Positions 1 to 16,570 of a DNA stretch of 64,000 nucleotides are shown in pieces. The stretch is taken from the NCBI RefSeq assembly GCF_009914755.1, contig NC_060927.1, one strand, 5' to 3'. A program made the translations under genes and the position numbers. The notes beneath the pieces were generated by a model. The model was not told the DNA's origin. It searched no databases and saw only the letters and a list, made by a program, of their open reading frames with translations. How positions within the stretch are numbered: the first letter of the stretch is position 1; each line of letters begins with the position of its first letter. The DNA is from the human T2T-CHM13v2.0 reference genome, Homo sapiens.

Positions 1-299
1 CTAAGGTGACATTTTCTAAACAAACCTTTACACATTTACTAGTAACCAAATTATTAAAATAATTTTATTTTATAGAACATATAATTGTAAATATTTTATT
101 CAAGAATGACCTAAACATTCAGTGTCAATGTAAGAGAATATTTTCTAAAACAGTTCATTCACTAGTTAATGTTTCACATAGAAGACAATGAAATTGTATC
201 TGTTTTAGTTATGAAATTCAACTAACACATAAATTAGCCACACACAAAACATGTTCTCCATCCAATCTTTGCACCATCTATCCCTTTATGATTTGTTTG

Positions 300-2150
<1,851 letters not shown>

Positions 2151-4779
2151 AGGAGAAACAGGAAGAATTAACTGGGGTAGGGAAGTGGTGAAAGAGAGTA
2201 GAGGGGGGATGTGGAATAAAGGCCACGAGTGTGAGAATGAAATTGAAAGTGATGTAAAAGGAAAAATGAGATTTATAATGTGAGGATTATAGGACAGTGG
2301 GGATCCAGAATGGCTTATTTACTTGCTAAAATAATGATTTATTAAACTGTTAATTATCTGTGTAAATATTATAATTGTGATCATCATTGTTAGCACTGAT
2401 CTATACCTCAGAAATTAAGTAAAATCTATAACTCGACAAATATGGAGACTCAGCCCAGGGAAAGTAAATGATTCTCAGCTTCTTAATACATTTGTCAATA
2501 TGATGGTTATGCAAGGACAATGCTTTACTTATGTAATACTGATATTCAAAGTTAAAAAGCTTACTTAAAGTATATATTGCTGAGCCAAAAATGTTTACAT
2601 TTTTATAAAATGAAATAGTTGAATTCGTTCTATAGATATATGTAAATTTATATTTTAAACTAGCCATATTCATAAATTGATCCGCTAAAAGTTATTTAAA
2701 GTGTATTTTTACTTCTTGGGATTAATATTTTAAAATTCAGCTTTTGATTAGCAATGAGTTTAATGTAACTAATATCTGGAAGCCTAGATATACACTTGTA
2801 TTCATATAATTATTTTTGATTTGCTAGCCTTCAGTTTGATAAATGAAGTTTAAAAATTAATTTCCTGTGTTTCTAATTCATGAATCTGTATTTAAATACA
2901 CAGATGACACATATTTAACTGAGTGATGTTTTATGTTAATTCAGATGCGACATGAGGAGACTATACAAATAACATATATAAAGTACCTTTATATCTTTGA
3001 AGGAAACAATTTACATAAAAGTAAAGTACTTGTTACTTTGAGGCTTGTATACTAAAGTATATTATTTAAATGTGGGGTCTGAATACTGTAATATGTTTAC
3101 TGTTATATTTTTCAGAGGCAGTAACTTTATTTTTAATTTTTGTTGCAAGAATAGTAGGACTTTTCTGATGTTTACAGAAGGCTGAATTTTTTTTTCTGCA
3201 GCAATAAAATCTTATTTTATTGCCTATTCCTATTTCACTTCACAATAATAATTATAATGACTTTGAAACCCTCTTGGCATTTTGTAAGTAACAGAGTGAA
3301 TAAAACCATGTCAACTTTTCTTTTTATTGTAAAATCTCAGTACTTAAAAGTTGCTGATAAGAGACTGGAAAGCTCAGGAGCTTTATAACAGGAAAAATAT
3401 AATCTAGATCTTTAGCAGTGTTTCAAGTATGACCCGGGTCAGTAATCATCAAAATATCTAAGTACCTCAGTAATAGTTACCCATAGAAAATACATATTTA
3501 ACTTTTACTAAAGATATATAAAGCAATTTGGGGTAAATCCTTCAATAAATGTAACTAATTTTCTTCAGCCATGAGGCATGGGAGCTATGTTCAGGATTTG
3601 TAAGTCAAAAGATGACCATAGTTATTTGTAAGTTTACCATAGTTACTTGTAAGTGAATTTATTTATTTTAAATATAATTTTCGATGTAAGTGAATCATTC
3701 CCCAACTCAAGCTATCTGGATACCAGCATATTATAAAAGCTCTCCTGATAGGCAGAGAGCTGAGAGTCTCTGAATTAAATGGATATAACTTGCTTACATT
3801 TTCTAGCATGTTGGCTCATACATTGTAAGCAGATAGTAGCTATTCATTATTAATAATGATGACTATAGTTCCCAGTTCTGTCATATCCTGAATCACATTG
3901 CCTAGTGCAAGGATGTGCTCAGGTTGATCTTGTTTACCAATATGATTTTAAAATGTGCTTCTGGTCCTCAAATCCTACTAGCCCTTCTTAAATGTGACCA
4001 TTCCAACAATAAGCAACTGCCAAAAGGTAATAAAATAAAAGGTAACCAAATAAAATAAATAAAATAGGTAATACTCTATTAACACCTGTACATACAAATA
4101 CCTCACTGTCCCTCAGTACAGGGCTTTTCTCCATAGTTTGGCCAGAGCTCATGACATAAAGGCTTCTCCCTCAATTTGAGATGACAAGGACTATAGAGTA
4201 GACCCTGAGCTTTGTACTTAACTAGCTGAATGGATAAGGATGCCTGAATGAACTGTCCCGAGAAACCAAAGCCTGCCTTAGAAGCTAGAACCAGAATACA
4301 CTAGTGAGAAAGGGTGAAGTGTTTGCTCCTTTCTTTTAACAAATAATATCATATCCTACTATTAAACTCAGCTCAAAGAATGTGATAGGCTTTCACTAAT
4401 TAGATTAGCAAAGCTTCTTCGCTGGAAATGCAGTGAGGGAGAGGTGTGAGCCTGGCATAGAGAGGAGGAACCAATGAATATTCAGAGCCAGAGTTATTCA
4501 CAAAACCTGCTCATAGAAAAATAAGAAATTACTTACATTTGAGTTTCATGTAATCATCGTAGCTTCTGTTCACTTTGGGGAAATTTTATGAGATAAAAAC
4601 TACACATATCAAGATTCAAATTCTACCTCTTTCCACTTTTTAAAATTCATCTTGAAAAGACTTATGAGATATCTATTAATTCCACTCTCCATCTGTAAAA
4701 GGGTTGCAATATTAGCCATATTTGATAAGAATCAAATAAGATAATAGATTTTAAGAAGTTATCTGTGAATTATTTATAT

Positions 4780-4990
4780 ACATTAACAATAAAATAATTC
4801 TATAGTCAAATATGTTTGCGAGGAAACATCTTTGTATTAGTATTTGTCAGAAACATTAATATGTATTACAAATCTCCAGAGGAGGATATGGCAGGGTTTT
4901 TCTTCAAAATTATTTATCTACAGAAACTTTTTTTCAAAAAGCAGTTCAGAGAATTAATATTTTGCTAAGAAACCACTGGGAAACTTGGAG
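4780..4990. mobile_element. Old hAT-Charlie non-autonomous element (MER103C-like)
   Basis: 'ttctatagtcaaatatgtttg...aaatctccagaggagga' resembles recalled consensus and the related copy at ~48040-48245. Confidence 0.4.
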
Positions 4991-5363
4991 GTAAGCATTG
5001 TAAATATAGTGACTAAGAGAACACTTAATTTATTGAAATTTCTGGGCTTTGTGGCTTATGAACAATGCATATTTTGTGTTAACCATATCCTTTGAGTTAT
5101 ATTATATGGGTGAAATCATAATATTTGTGTGGGATATATAAAGAATGTAAAGCAGAAATTTCAGAGTGTGGGCATCAAATTCTACTAGGGTTTCAGATAC
5201 TGGAATAAAAATAATTGAAGGTGTTTTCATCTTAGCTTTTATAAAACTGGCAGAATAATTTTTTAAAAGTTCTGGCTCTTCATCAATCAGAAGCTTAGAA
5301 ATAGAGCTTTAAGAAAGGGCTTGATTAAAATAAACAAAAAGAAAGATAAAAAAGATAGAAAAT

Positions 5364-5533
5364 GAAGGAAAGAATGGAGGGAGGAAGGGAAGGAGGCAGA
5401 AAGGAAGGAAGGAAGGAAGGAAGGAAAGAAACGAGGAAGGAAGGAAGGAAGGAAGGAAGGAAGGAAGGAAGGAAGGAAGGAAACGAGGAAGGAAGGAAGG
5501 AAGGGAGGGAGGGAGGGAGGAAGGGAGGGAGGG
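5364..5533 (+). repeat. (GGAA)n/(GGGA)n microsatellite
   Basis: Runs of 6 (5403-5426), 12 (5435-5482) and 4 (5487-5502) perfect GGAA units, then GGGA units. Confidence 0.97.
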
Positions 5534-7719
5534 TGTATTGTCTTGGAGATAATGGCAGTGATACTTGGCTGCGCAGCAGAGGAGACTTAAAATATCTAGA
5601 GCCAAGGAGTCTCTCTGCAAAGTCTCAATAAATTCTTTTCTCTTGAATTGAATGAGTCCAGATTCCTTTACTCAATTAATGCATATTATTTGTTACTGGA
5701 AAATTGTCATATATACAGCAGAGCAATTGCTGTTTCAAGAGAAAGTAGGAGAATACTATTACTATATGTTCAAAGACTAGAAAGAAGACTTTCCAGGTTT
5801 ATGGACAGTAGCAGTTGTGGGTTTAATATTAATAATACTGATAATGCAGAAAGCTTTCTTCATCAAAATGCTCAAGATGTTACTTTCTGATCTCCTATAT
5901 TCCACCTTTATTTGGGTCAAAATCTTTGTTATTTTAATTCTTATATTATCCCATACACTAAGTATCAAAAAGCAGTACCATTTATTGGAAGTTACTAATT
6001 TCTTAGTGCTGCTGTTTCTCCATCTTTACACTAGAATAACAACATTTAATCACTAAAAACATAGAATATTAGAACTAAAAACAATCACATGAATGTAAAC
6101 TCATTTTGTAACCAAAATCTGGGCAAAAGAAAAATAGATCATTGAGTGCTGGCTTTTAAGACTGCTCCTCTGTATTATATTGTCCCATCTGCACTCTATG
6201 CTGTATGCTGCTGAGTGATGCCAAGATCCATCTCCCACTCCATCCACCCTGTGTTACCTCAATGAGCATAATTTCAGATCTATTACAACTAGAGTGTTTT
6301 GACGAATAAAAAATATCTAGAGAGAGCATAGAGAAAGAGAGAAAAAAAGAAAATCTACGTTCCACTTAAAGAAAAGCCTGCCAAATATTATTTAAAATAC
6401 CAGCATTTCTCATCCATAAAGCAAACACTTAAACTAAAATATAGAAGACTTTAGTAAAGTTTAGTAAAGTTTCTTAATTCCATAAGGCAAGTAATGCTGA
6501 ATTCACATTTAGTTTTGCAAAAGGATAAACCACTGTATCGTGCAGGAGCATAGAAGTATGGTTGTAGTAAAAGATTTTCTAGTGTTTCTCTAAATAATAG
6601 ATTAATGTCACTGGTAATTGTGCAGTTAATCCTCAGGTGGCAGGAACTTTAAATACCTGATGTGACAAGTTATGCAAATACCAAGACGAACCATAGGAAA
6701 TGCTTAATTTACTCAATTCTCTTAGAGAGAGGAATTATAGAAATCCATTGCTTGGGTTTCATAAAATTTTAAAATATTCTACAAAAATTCAATTATATGC
6801 ATGTTTTCTGTGCTAGCTGAATATAACCAATATCTTTATACTAGCAGAGCTGTCAGAGGAAAAGAAAGCCAACATTGTCTATAAGATTTTCCAGTGAAAT
6901 TATGTTGATATAGGGACTGGAGCTTTCCATTGTTTTGGATTGTATTCCTTTGTTGTCTTCAGCATAAAATGCTGAAGTCCCACGACCCCACCTGCTGTAA
7001 AATGTTAGGCTATGCAAAAAGTAAATTTCAAAATATGTTCTATTCCTGTACTTATTCCTGTGGGACTGCCCAATTTGCTAGACTTGTTGAGAATGATCCC
7101 CCACTAATAGGATTCCTCTGTAGCTACAGTAAATTTAAAGCAGTTTCCTTTGGTCCTGTGGTAAGAAGTTCAAGACCATGACCTAGAATTAAGGAGTGAG
7201 TACTAGTGCAACTTTTACCATGCATTTTCTAACTCTGTCAGATGATCTACTTTTGAAAGACAATTAGTTCTTCTAGCTTAATGATTTTTGGCTCTTCGTA
7301 CCTGCCTGCAGCAATATTTTTGAATACAGATCCACTTTTAATGACATCCTCATTTTTGATGTTCTTTGACACCTCTCCCATAGACAGCTTCATTATACAT
7401 TATATGGATGTGAGGGCAGAACTAGAAGGCACATGTTTGCTTATCCAATTTTACTGCAGCCCTTTATCAAATTTGCTCCTCCAGCTTTAGATCTTCTTGT
7501 ATGAAATAGACTCCACAAGACACCACACACAATTGTGACGGATTTTCATTTATTTCATCTCAGCTCCTAATTCATTTATCATTGCAAAGAGGGCTCGGAC
7601 TCTTTAAATCCTTTTTTAATTTTTTTTGTCAGCTGGAAAAATTGAAACCTTTTTCAATTTAAAGTTGGAAAGTGACATTATGTCATTGACATTTTAAAAC
7701 ATAACTCAGAGACAATACA

Positions 7720-8820
7720 GGAGGACGAGGCCTCCATTCCTGGTTCCTATGCGTTCCTGGCAGACTCCTGCACACAGAAGTCTTCTTCGGAGTTTATCCT
7801 ACAGAGTGTGGAAAGTTTTCTAGTGCTGGCTCTCCAGCACGAGCAGCTTCTCTATCAGCTAATGCAAGCAGGGTTCAAGTTTTCTCCAGCACCTGGCTCT
7901 AACATTGTGAGAGCACTTTTTCCAGCATCAGGCTTCTGCAGCACAGGTGGCTCCTTCAGTGTCCAGCTCCTGTAGTCCAGGGCAGTCAGCTACATCCAAC
8001 GACTAGTAGCTTCCCTGGCTCCCCTGTCTTGAAGTTCCATAGTGGAGTGCGTCCAACGTGACATGGATTTCTGTGGCAACATAGAGGGCAGATTTCTTGT
8101 AAGATTCACGAGTGCAATAACACAGCTACTTCTCTGCCATCCAGTGAGGAATTCATTCTTCAACAAGGTCTGAATCTCAACCCTGGTGTAGGGATTTCTC
8201 TTTTTTAGTTGTTTTATCATAGTTCAAGTGGTACTGACTTCTCCTTATAGTTACTATTCTTGTATTTCTTAGAGTTCTCTTTACTATACTTTCTTCACCA
8301 TGATAATTTTATGTGCCAACTTGGGTAGACTATGGTGACTAGTTGTTTAGTCAAACACTACTCTAGATGTTGATATGGAAGTATTCTTTAGATGTAACTA
8401 ACAGTTGCAATTAGTTGACCTTAAGTAAAGCAGACTTCTACGATTTTGGTAGGCCACTTCCAATTAGTAGAAGGTATTGAAAGGAAAAGCCTGAGGTTTC
8501 CAAAAGAAATTCTGCCTTAGTTTTCTACCTTCACACTGAAGGCTGCAATAGTTACTCCTATCTGAATCTCCAGACTGCTAGTTTGCTTTACTGATTTTGG
8601 ATTTCCCAGCTTCCAGAATCTGATGAGCCATTCCCTTAAAATAAATCGGTCTTTCTCTATATATGTCCTATTGGTTCTCTTTCTCTCAAGAACCCTAAGT
8701 AATATGCTAGCCAGTCCCTCATTAATCAAATATTTTGTTAGAAGTAATAATTTTTATATTAAACTTTGCCTATACAGATTATTGTGTGGTTTCTGTTTCC
8801 TGATTGAATCCAACTGTTTT
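7720..8820 (+). mobile_element. Old ERVL-class LTR fragment split by an MLT2 LTR
   Basis: GC-richer LTR-like segment; ERVL-like terminus 'gtggtttctgtttcctgattgaatccaactg' at ~8787-8817; family not identified. Confidence 0.35.
8299..8706 (+). mobile_element. MLT2 (ERVL) solo LTR
   Basis: Starts 'tgataattttatgtgccaacttgg', ends 'cctattggttctctttctctcaagaaccctaagtaatatg', typical MLT2 termini. Confidence 0.8.
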
Positions 8821-9399
8821 AATGTTCTTCCAAACCTACAGACAGCCTATAGTTCTGTGAGGGAAGTTTCTGGTAATAGAGTTAGGTTCCTAAAAGACAG
8901 CATCCAGTATCCGGAAGTGTTTCACAGTCTTCCTCTATATCCATTCCTGTTTGTCTTTTTCTAGGCTTCTGATCATCTTGGTTTGAGGTGAGGTATGAAG
9001 TGCTACAGGAAACAAAATTCATTGCCTAAAACAATTGTTACACCTATATGTTAAAGTTTTATATGCCTGTTTTTTCAAGTACATACCATTTTCCTTATTT
9101 TTGTCATGAATATATTTCAAATAAAAGAGAAAAGATAACAGCAATCATTCACTAATTAGAAAGAACACCATATACTAATAATATAGATAATTAAAGTTAT
9201 TAAAAGTAGTAGAAAAATAGGTCAGCTCACATTTAGAAACAAACAGAAGAGAATAGGTTACAACTGAAAACAAACATAGAGAAGAGAATAAGTTTTATGG
9301 TGTTCATATTTCAAAGAGATGATTTTGTGGAAAATGTAACTTGAGTTGCCGCCTTCTTTTTCATCTATATAAACATGCTTCCAGTAACCAGGTACCTGG

Positions 9400-10510
9400 G
9401 AATGATTTTTTTGCATTCACTTCTCTTTATTCCCTCTCACTAATACTTCACCAAGTTCAGTACTCATTGTCACCAAAATGTATCTAAAATGAATTTACTT
9501 TCCTCCACTGGTACCCATTCACTACACTAACCCTTGGATTATTAGCCTTAGCTAATTCGCTATCATTTCTCCTCTCCATTACTGCATTGGTTTCCCAAAT
9601 AGCCTTTCAGATTTCACTATTCCTTCTTTCAATCCAATTTTTATGATCAGCCTAAGTTATGTTTCAAAATGTCAATGATATAATGTCACTTTCCAACTTT
9701 AAACTTACAGATGACAGCACATGCTTTTGAAAATGAAAAGTAAATTCCTTAAAGTGAACTAAAGCAAAAAACTAACAACAATTAACTAATATATATTGTG
9801 CTTTTATCTTAAGCCAGGAACCATTCTAAATCTCCTGTACATAGTGAACAATTTATATTTCATAATAATCTGCTACTTAATATTGTATAGGAAATAATAT
9901 TATTGTTTTATAAATGAGGAAAATAGGCACAAGAAAAATAAATAAACCATTTGCCCCTGGGTCATATAACTAAAGACAAGTACTGTCAGATTTAAAACAC
10001 AGAATTTCTGTCTAACTCTAGAATTGAGAAGGCTAATCTGCATGCTTTCCCCAGATTTTTGTTCAGCATTGTTCTCCATAGGCATCAAATGCAGCTCCTC
10101 CACTTACTCACTATGCCATAACCACACTGGTATTTTAAACCTTTCTACAATGTACCAACTCCTTTCCTTTTCAGGCTTTCCCACATGCTGTTTTATCTTT
10201 CTGGTATGCTTTTCCTCCCACTGTCCACATGGTTATTTTTATTCATCTTTTAGCATTCAACTTAAATGTCACTTCTCTAGAAAAATTACAGGATCACTGC
10301 CCAAACTGAAAAAAAAAAAAGATTCTACATGTTATGTTACTCTACCATAGGATCTGTATTTTTTATGAATTGCACTTATGATAAAACGTGTATATATTTT
10401 TCTCTATTTGTATAATATCCCTTTTCTCAAATAAAGTTTGTAAGGACAAGGATTGAGTCTGTTTTATTCATTAAAAGGTTTCCAGTGCCAAGCAATAAAT
10501 AGTTTATGGA
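9400..10510 (+). mobile_element. LINE-2 3' portion interrupted by a MIR
   Basis: L2-like 'ttcagatttcactattccttctttcaatcc' and 3' end 'ttccagtgccaagcaataaatagtttatggatg'. Confidence 0.6.
9790..10025 (-). mobile_element. MIR
   Basis: Antisense MIR core 'atgaggaaaataggcacaag...ttgcccctgggtcatataacta'. Confidence 0.65.
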
Positions 10511-10514
10511 TGAC

Positions 10515-11500
10515 AGATCAAGTGAGGTGTGGAGGCAGATCTCTTGATAGGAAGCTGAAGGGGTTTCCATCTGGCAGCTTCCTTTATTTCTGAACACAGG
10601 ATCTTTTCTCAGTGAGAGATGAAAAATAGTCTGATGTGTGAGGAATATGGAAAAGTTTAATAACACTGTTGCATAAAGTGAAGAATGAATATATGGTGGT
10701 AGCAATCTGTCCTATGGAATGATTGATTTAAATACATATCAGTCACTGTAGAGAGTATGAAAAAAGAAAACAAAATGGTAAGTATTTGAGTTTAGTCATA
10801 TTTGGGGTTTGGGCACATGATTAAAATGCAAAGACAGAGGTAAGGAATCAACTCTAAAGTGAGGAGCATTAGAACTGACACTGCATGTTATGGGTGTAAT
10901 GTGGGTGCTAAGACAAAATGACCTGATGTTTCAGTCATTTAATGAAACAGTTGTAACAGCAGTGGCTGCAGAAACAAGCAGGGAAGAGGAATGTTATCGT
11001 AAGATATAGAGATATTTGAATTCCTGAAAACAGTGGAGCTCTTTTGGATGTTGGATTGGAAGCAGGTGGCTGAAGTATAATGGAGATAGTCATTGGAGAT
11101 GAGAACGTCAAGGAACTGAGAGGCCAGTGTGTGTGACCGAGGAGTCTACGGTGAGATTGAAACTTCCCAGGAGGAAGAAAGAAGTTGGGATAGTGATAAA
11201 AACTATGAGGCAGAAAAGTTTTCCAATAATTTGATGGAACAGTGATCCCAAAGCGGCATTAAGGAGCAATTAAATCAGCAATCTCAGCTTTGAGACCTAG
11301 GATAAGAAAATAACTTCCCTGAGTTTCAAAGAGCTGTATCAGGAATAATCTTTGAGGTTCATGAAAATTTATTTTCGGCAAATAGAAGAAAGGTATTTCT
11401 GAGTGATGTCATGGCTATAAAGGTCTTGGTTAATTAAAGAATAAGAGTTTTAGAGAGTAGAGTGGGGTATTTTGGGAGAGAAGGGAGAGAATGAAAGTTT
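10515..11500 (-). mobile_element. LINE-2 internal fragment
   Basis: GA-rich antisense L2-like sequence ('gagatgagaacgtcaaggaactgagaggccag'). Confidence 0.45.
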
Positions 11501-12028
11501 TATCAGTATCAAAAGCCAGAGAATTGTGAAGATAATACAGCAGAGAATGCTTAACTCTCATGGAGTGAACCCCTTTAAACTTTTTTTATTTATCTGGGAA
11601 AATAAGTATGCTAGGTAAGGTAAATTCCATCTTGACATATTCTTGTGAATTTATGAATCTTTGAGTATAACCTAATACAGGTCTAGTACATAATTTGAAG
11701 AAGTTCTTGTAACTGTGGTATAGGACTAGATATTGCCTTTTTCATAAACACAGATTCAATAGCTGTCGTATTTATGCATGTACCTGCAGCTGGTATATGG
11801 GAGAGGGGAATCTTAAGACAAAAGGTCCAAAAATGTATCAGACTGGTACTCAGTGTACTTTGGTTGGCACTTTTGCCATACTAGCAATAAGGGACACTAT
11901 CTGCACTCTCATTGCACAGCATAAATCTCATTTTCACTAAAATATTCGTAATTTTTGAAAGTTTGTAATATTGTAAGTCTCCCATTCCAAAATGTATGTT
12001 ACTTTTCTTTCATAAAATATCACAAATA

Positions 12029-12345
<317 letters not shown>

Positions 12346-14049
12346 TCACAAATATACCTGTTTCATCCTGTATCAAAAATAATTTTTAGCTTTTCAACAA
12401 CATGATAAATCTATACCTACAAAGCCATGGTATTTTCTCACTCTCTTGTTATTTATTCTCTATTAATAATTCCTGGCTGAAGGGATCAGCCATATTATAA
12501 CTTATATAAGGAAAAGTTCTTTCAACTTTTCTTTCAGATTGAATCTACCTTTACTATTATTTACACCCTAGGCCGAGTTCTTCAAATCCTCTGGCATCTC
12601 TAAGAAGGAAGATTCAACCAAATATACCATGATGGGATTGGTTAAGACAATTGCCATGATGTTCACGTTTCACTTCTCTGCAGTTGTTGTGGGATGCACA
12701 TTATCTTTTGATGGAAATAGCAATAGATACTAGACCAGAATTCTTTTAATGTATTATTCAAAGTTCTTTCAAGAAAACCAAAATTGTCAACAACATTCAT
12801 AAAGTGTAATATGGCAATGGTGAATGTACCTTACATTATGTCAGTAGATATAACCTGGAGATCACAGAGGCAGATATTTAATAATGTAAACTAATTAATT
12901 AAATATTATTTGTTATTTTCTCATACTATCCATGTATCTTTACTACATATATTTAAAAGGTAAAAAATCAACATTATATTAATTTTGCATATTTATGTAA
13001 AATATATATTTCAGTATAATTAATTTAATGTAAAACCAACTTTTAAAGAAAATTTTGAAATTCAAAGCAAAATAAATTTTAGCATATTATCAGAAATGTA
13101 TACAACATAAATGAAGACAACAGAGCTTATCATCTGTTTCCAAAGTAGACAGCTTATTACCAGTAGAATAAATATGTCTAATATTCTTTTAGAATTTAGA
13201 GCTATGAGTATAAATAAGACCATTTATTTTTCAGGACATAGGTAAATGGTCAATAGGAATAGATGTTGATGTTGAAACATGCACTATGTTTACTTAAATT
13301 CTGGACAATGAATATGACTTAAATTCCATTTATACAGTTTCAGGTTACCTGCTTCAAATATCTATTAGCTAATATTGGGAGTTTACCCAAAATAATTTGA
13401 AAAATTTCTTTAATTTCTACTTTTCTTCTCACATCCAGTTTCTTTCATTTTCAGCCTTAATCTGTGAAACAGTGATTCCAAATTCCAGAGCCACAGAAAA
13501 TGAGTTAGTTTATTATGTGATCTTCTAACTTGCAACATCAAAAAACTATTTTCAAGGTCACCATTTGAAGACTGCATTCCTAAGACCATATGGCTCCACT
13601 TCTTTAAAATTTCACAGAAACTTATGATTGCATTCCACATTGAAGACATTTGGTTAACACCTTGGTTTTAATATAGTGTAATCTTTTGCCAATGTATTTA
13701 ATCGTGAAATGCTTTAGTTTCCTCAGCTACAAAAAGTGACTAGAACTTCTACCACATAACTCTGTTGAGTATGTTGGAAAAAGGAAATGTAAGTTAAAGA
13801 ACAACACAAATAGCTTTATTAGAAAAATGTTTAAACCTTACTACCAATGACACATGTCTTGGGAATACATTTGATTGAGAGAGGAGTTATATCTCACATA
13901 TAAATCTTACTTAAAAGTGAAAAAGGAAATAAACACATTTGTTTTATTTATATTAATACTTCAGAAGAAAAATTCCAATGGCCCTAAAAATAGCAAAGAA
14001 AAGAAAGATTCTACTTAATTCAATGATAATAAAACTAAATTAAGAGGTT

Positions 14050-15620
14050 TGGGCTTCCATTTTGCATGTGGAAGACTAGAAAGAGGACCATTCCTATCCA
14101 CATGACAAAAACTCAGCCAGATAATCTGAAAATATACAATTTTTTTGAATTTACCAGAGAGCAGTGATCCTAAGTCCTAGAATAATCAAAACTGCTCCTA
14201 AGAACAAAGTCAAAGGAATAACACTACAAAATTCAAAGGCTTATTATAAAGCTGCAAAAATCAGTGTGGTATTAGCCAAAAGAACAGATGCATATATCAG
14301 TGGAACAGAACAGAGAATTCATAAAGTTCCTCACATGAATATGGTCAATTTACTTCTGACAAAGGTTTAAAGGCAATTCAATGAGGGAGAGTATGCTTTT
14401 CAACAAATGCTGCTGGCATAATGGCATATCCATATATAACACACAAACAAAAAAATCTTAACATATACTCTACAAGAACTAACTCAGAATAAATCAGAGA
14501 TCACGATGCAAAATGTGAAATTTAAATCTATTAGAAAACATAAAAGAAAGTCCATGTGACCTCCGATATGGAATAAGTTTTCAGAAATAAAACCAAGGAT
14601 ACAATCAATGAAAGAAAAAAAGGTTGAAAAATAAATTAACTTTACTAAAATTAAAAGTATTTTATCTGTGAAAAAATATTAAGAGAATAAAAATACAAGC
14701 CATAGACACATAGAAAAATTTTATATTACATATCTGATAAAGTACTTTTTTTCTAGAAAACATAAATAATACTTACAAATTAACAATAAGAAAATGAGCA
14801 ATTTAATTTAAAACTGAAAAAAATTTAGAAGAGACTTTTTAAACAAAAAGATATACAGATTGCAAGTAAATATATTCAAATACTCCCAATATCATTAGTT
14901 ATTAGAGAACTGCAAATGAAATCCACAGTAAGATACCATCCCATATCTATTAAAATGGCTAACACCAAAATAAGCGATAATATCAAGTATGGATGAGGAT
15001 TCAAAGCAACCAAAACCTTCATACAGTGCAAGGTGGTACAGCTACTTTGAAATATAGTTTGGAAAATTCTTATGAAGTCAAGCAAATACCATGAAAACCA
15101 GTAATTCCGTTTATGAGGAATTACTCAAAAAAGCATGATTTTTAAAAAAACTGATATTCAAATGATTATAGAGTTTTTACTTATAAGTGCCCCAAACTGA
15201 AAATGACCCAAATGTCCCTCAGAAAGGAAAGATATACAAACTATGGTATACCCATATGATAGAATTCTACACAGAAACATAAATTGGCAATCTATGAATC
15301 TGTGCAACAACATGAATATAATTTAAATGAATTATGTGAAATGTGAGGAGACATTTTTTAAAGTGACATTCTGTGTGATTCCATTTATATGACATTTTGC
15401 AAAGGCAAAATTGTAGGAATCAGTAGTTTCTACAACTGAGGATACGAGTAATTGAGTATACCATGGCACACAGGATTATGAGGCCAATGGGACTGTTGTA
15501 TATCTTTATTATGTTTGTAATTCCAAACATTATATGTTTGTCAACACTCACAAAATTATTCACTGAAAGGGTTGAATTTTCCTGTATATAAATTATGCCC
15601 TATTTTTAAAATAAAGTAAA
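14050..15620 (+). mobile_element. Old L1M element (ORF2 C-terminus plus 3' UTR, possibly joined to a 5' piece)
   Basis: L1 ORF2-like 'ggcttattataaagctgcaaaaatcagtgtggtattag', 'cagtggaacagaacagag'; L1MC/MD/ME-like 3' UTR. Confidence 0.8.
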
Positions 15621-16504
15621 AATAATTAGAAACAAAATGTTTCTATGTAATTAGTAAATGTACTATATGAAAGTCCATTTATTTATAAGGTAAATGAAAC
15701 TAGATTTTCTAAGAAGCAAGAAAAACATAGAAAAAAATGATTTACTATTTTTATAAAATAATCACAGCCACAACTAAAACATAACTTTGTTTACAGAAAA
15801 AATTATGACAATGATATTAATTCAGGCAAACACAAATAATATCATCTAAATGAGGTCTGTTTAGAAAGTTAAGAATACCTCTACATATGTTATTAACAGA
15901 TACAAGAATCGGTTCAAATTGTCACAGTAAAGGATGAGGCAGTAGCAGTAATAGAAAATTTTAAAAAGTAAAGGGATAAGAAATGAAATCAAACTCAGAG
16001 GAGGAGGAGAAACAAGTGGAAGTATTTGAATGTTCCTAAATAAATGGGCACATTTCCAAAATATGAATAACATTAATAAAATAAGATATGATAAACTAAA
16101 ATAAAGCATAACTAAATACTGACATGTTTCTAAAACCAGTGCGTCCAAATGTTAACAACTAAAAAAATGAAGAAAAGATATGTTCTACAGTCCTCTAGAT
16201 TTCTATGAGAAGGACTATGACAGACCAGTACAAAAAATTCAATTGCAACTTCTGCCATTTCAGTCCAAATCTGGGTGCATGTTCTATACATTTCATGTAT
16301 CTTCTCTAAGATTCATCAGTTCATAGGCATATATTATCTACTATCTGTTGATGTCCTGTGATGGGTGCTATGGCATAAACAAAGTATTACAGGATGTAAA
16401 GGCCAGAGTTTATATTTGTGGGAATTTAAGTAATTCACAAGAGATACTTCAAATCCTTTCTCTGTAAGAAAAAAATACACGCCCACATCCACACACCCTT
16501 GCTC

Positions 16505-16570
16505 TCTCACACACTCACATACATACACACACATACATATATATTCACAGACATATACACATATACAAAT
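16505..16570. repeat. (CA/TA)-rich simple repeat
   Basis: Imperfect CACA/CATA array. Confidence 0.8.

Noticed and set aside
3615-3655. Short tandem duplication accatagtta(t/c)ttgtaagt (similar cases at ~6450, ~31040, ~48455)
   Set aside because: Isolated two-copy slippage products with unrelated sequences; no shared motif or spacing
5309-5631. PSFL-rich and EGRK-rich ORFs
   Set aside because: Translations of the GGAA microsatellite
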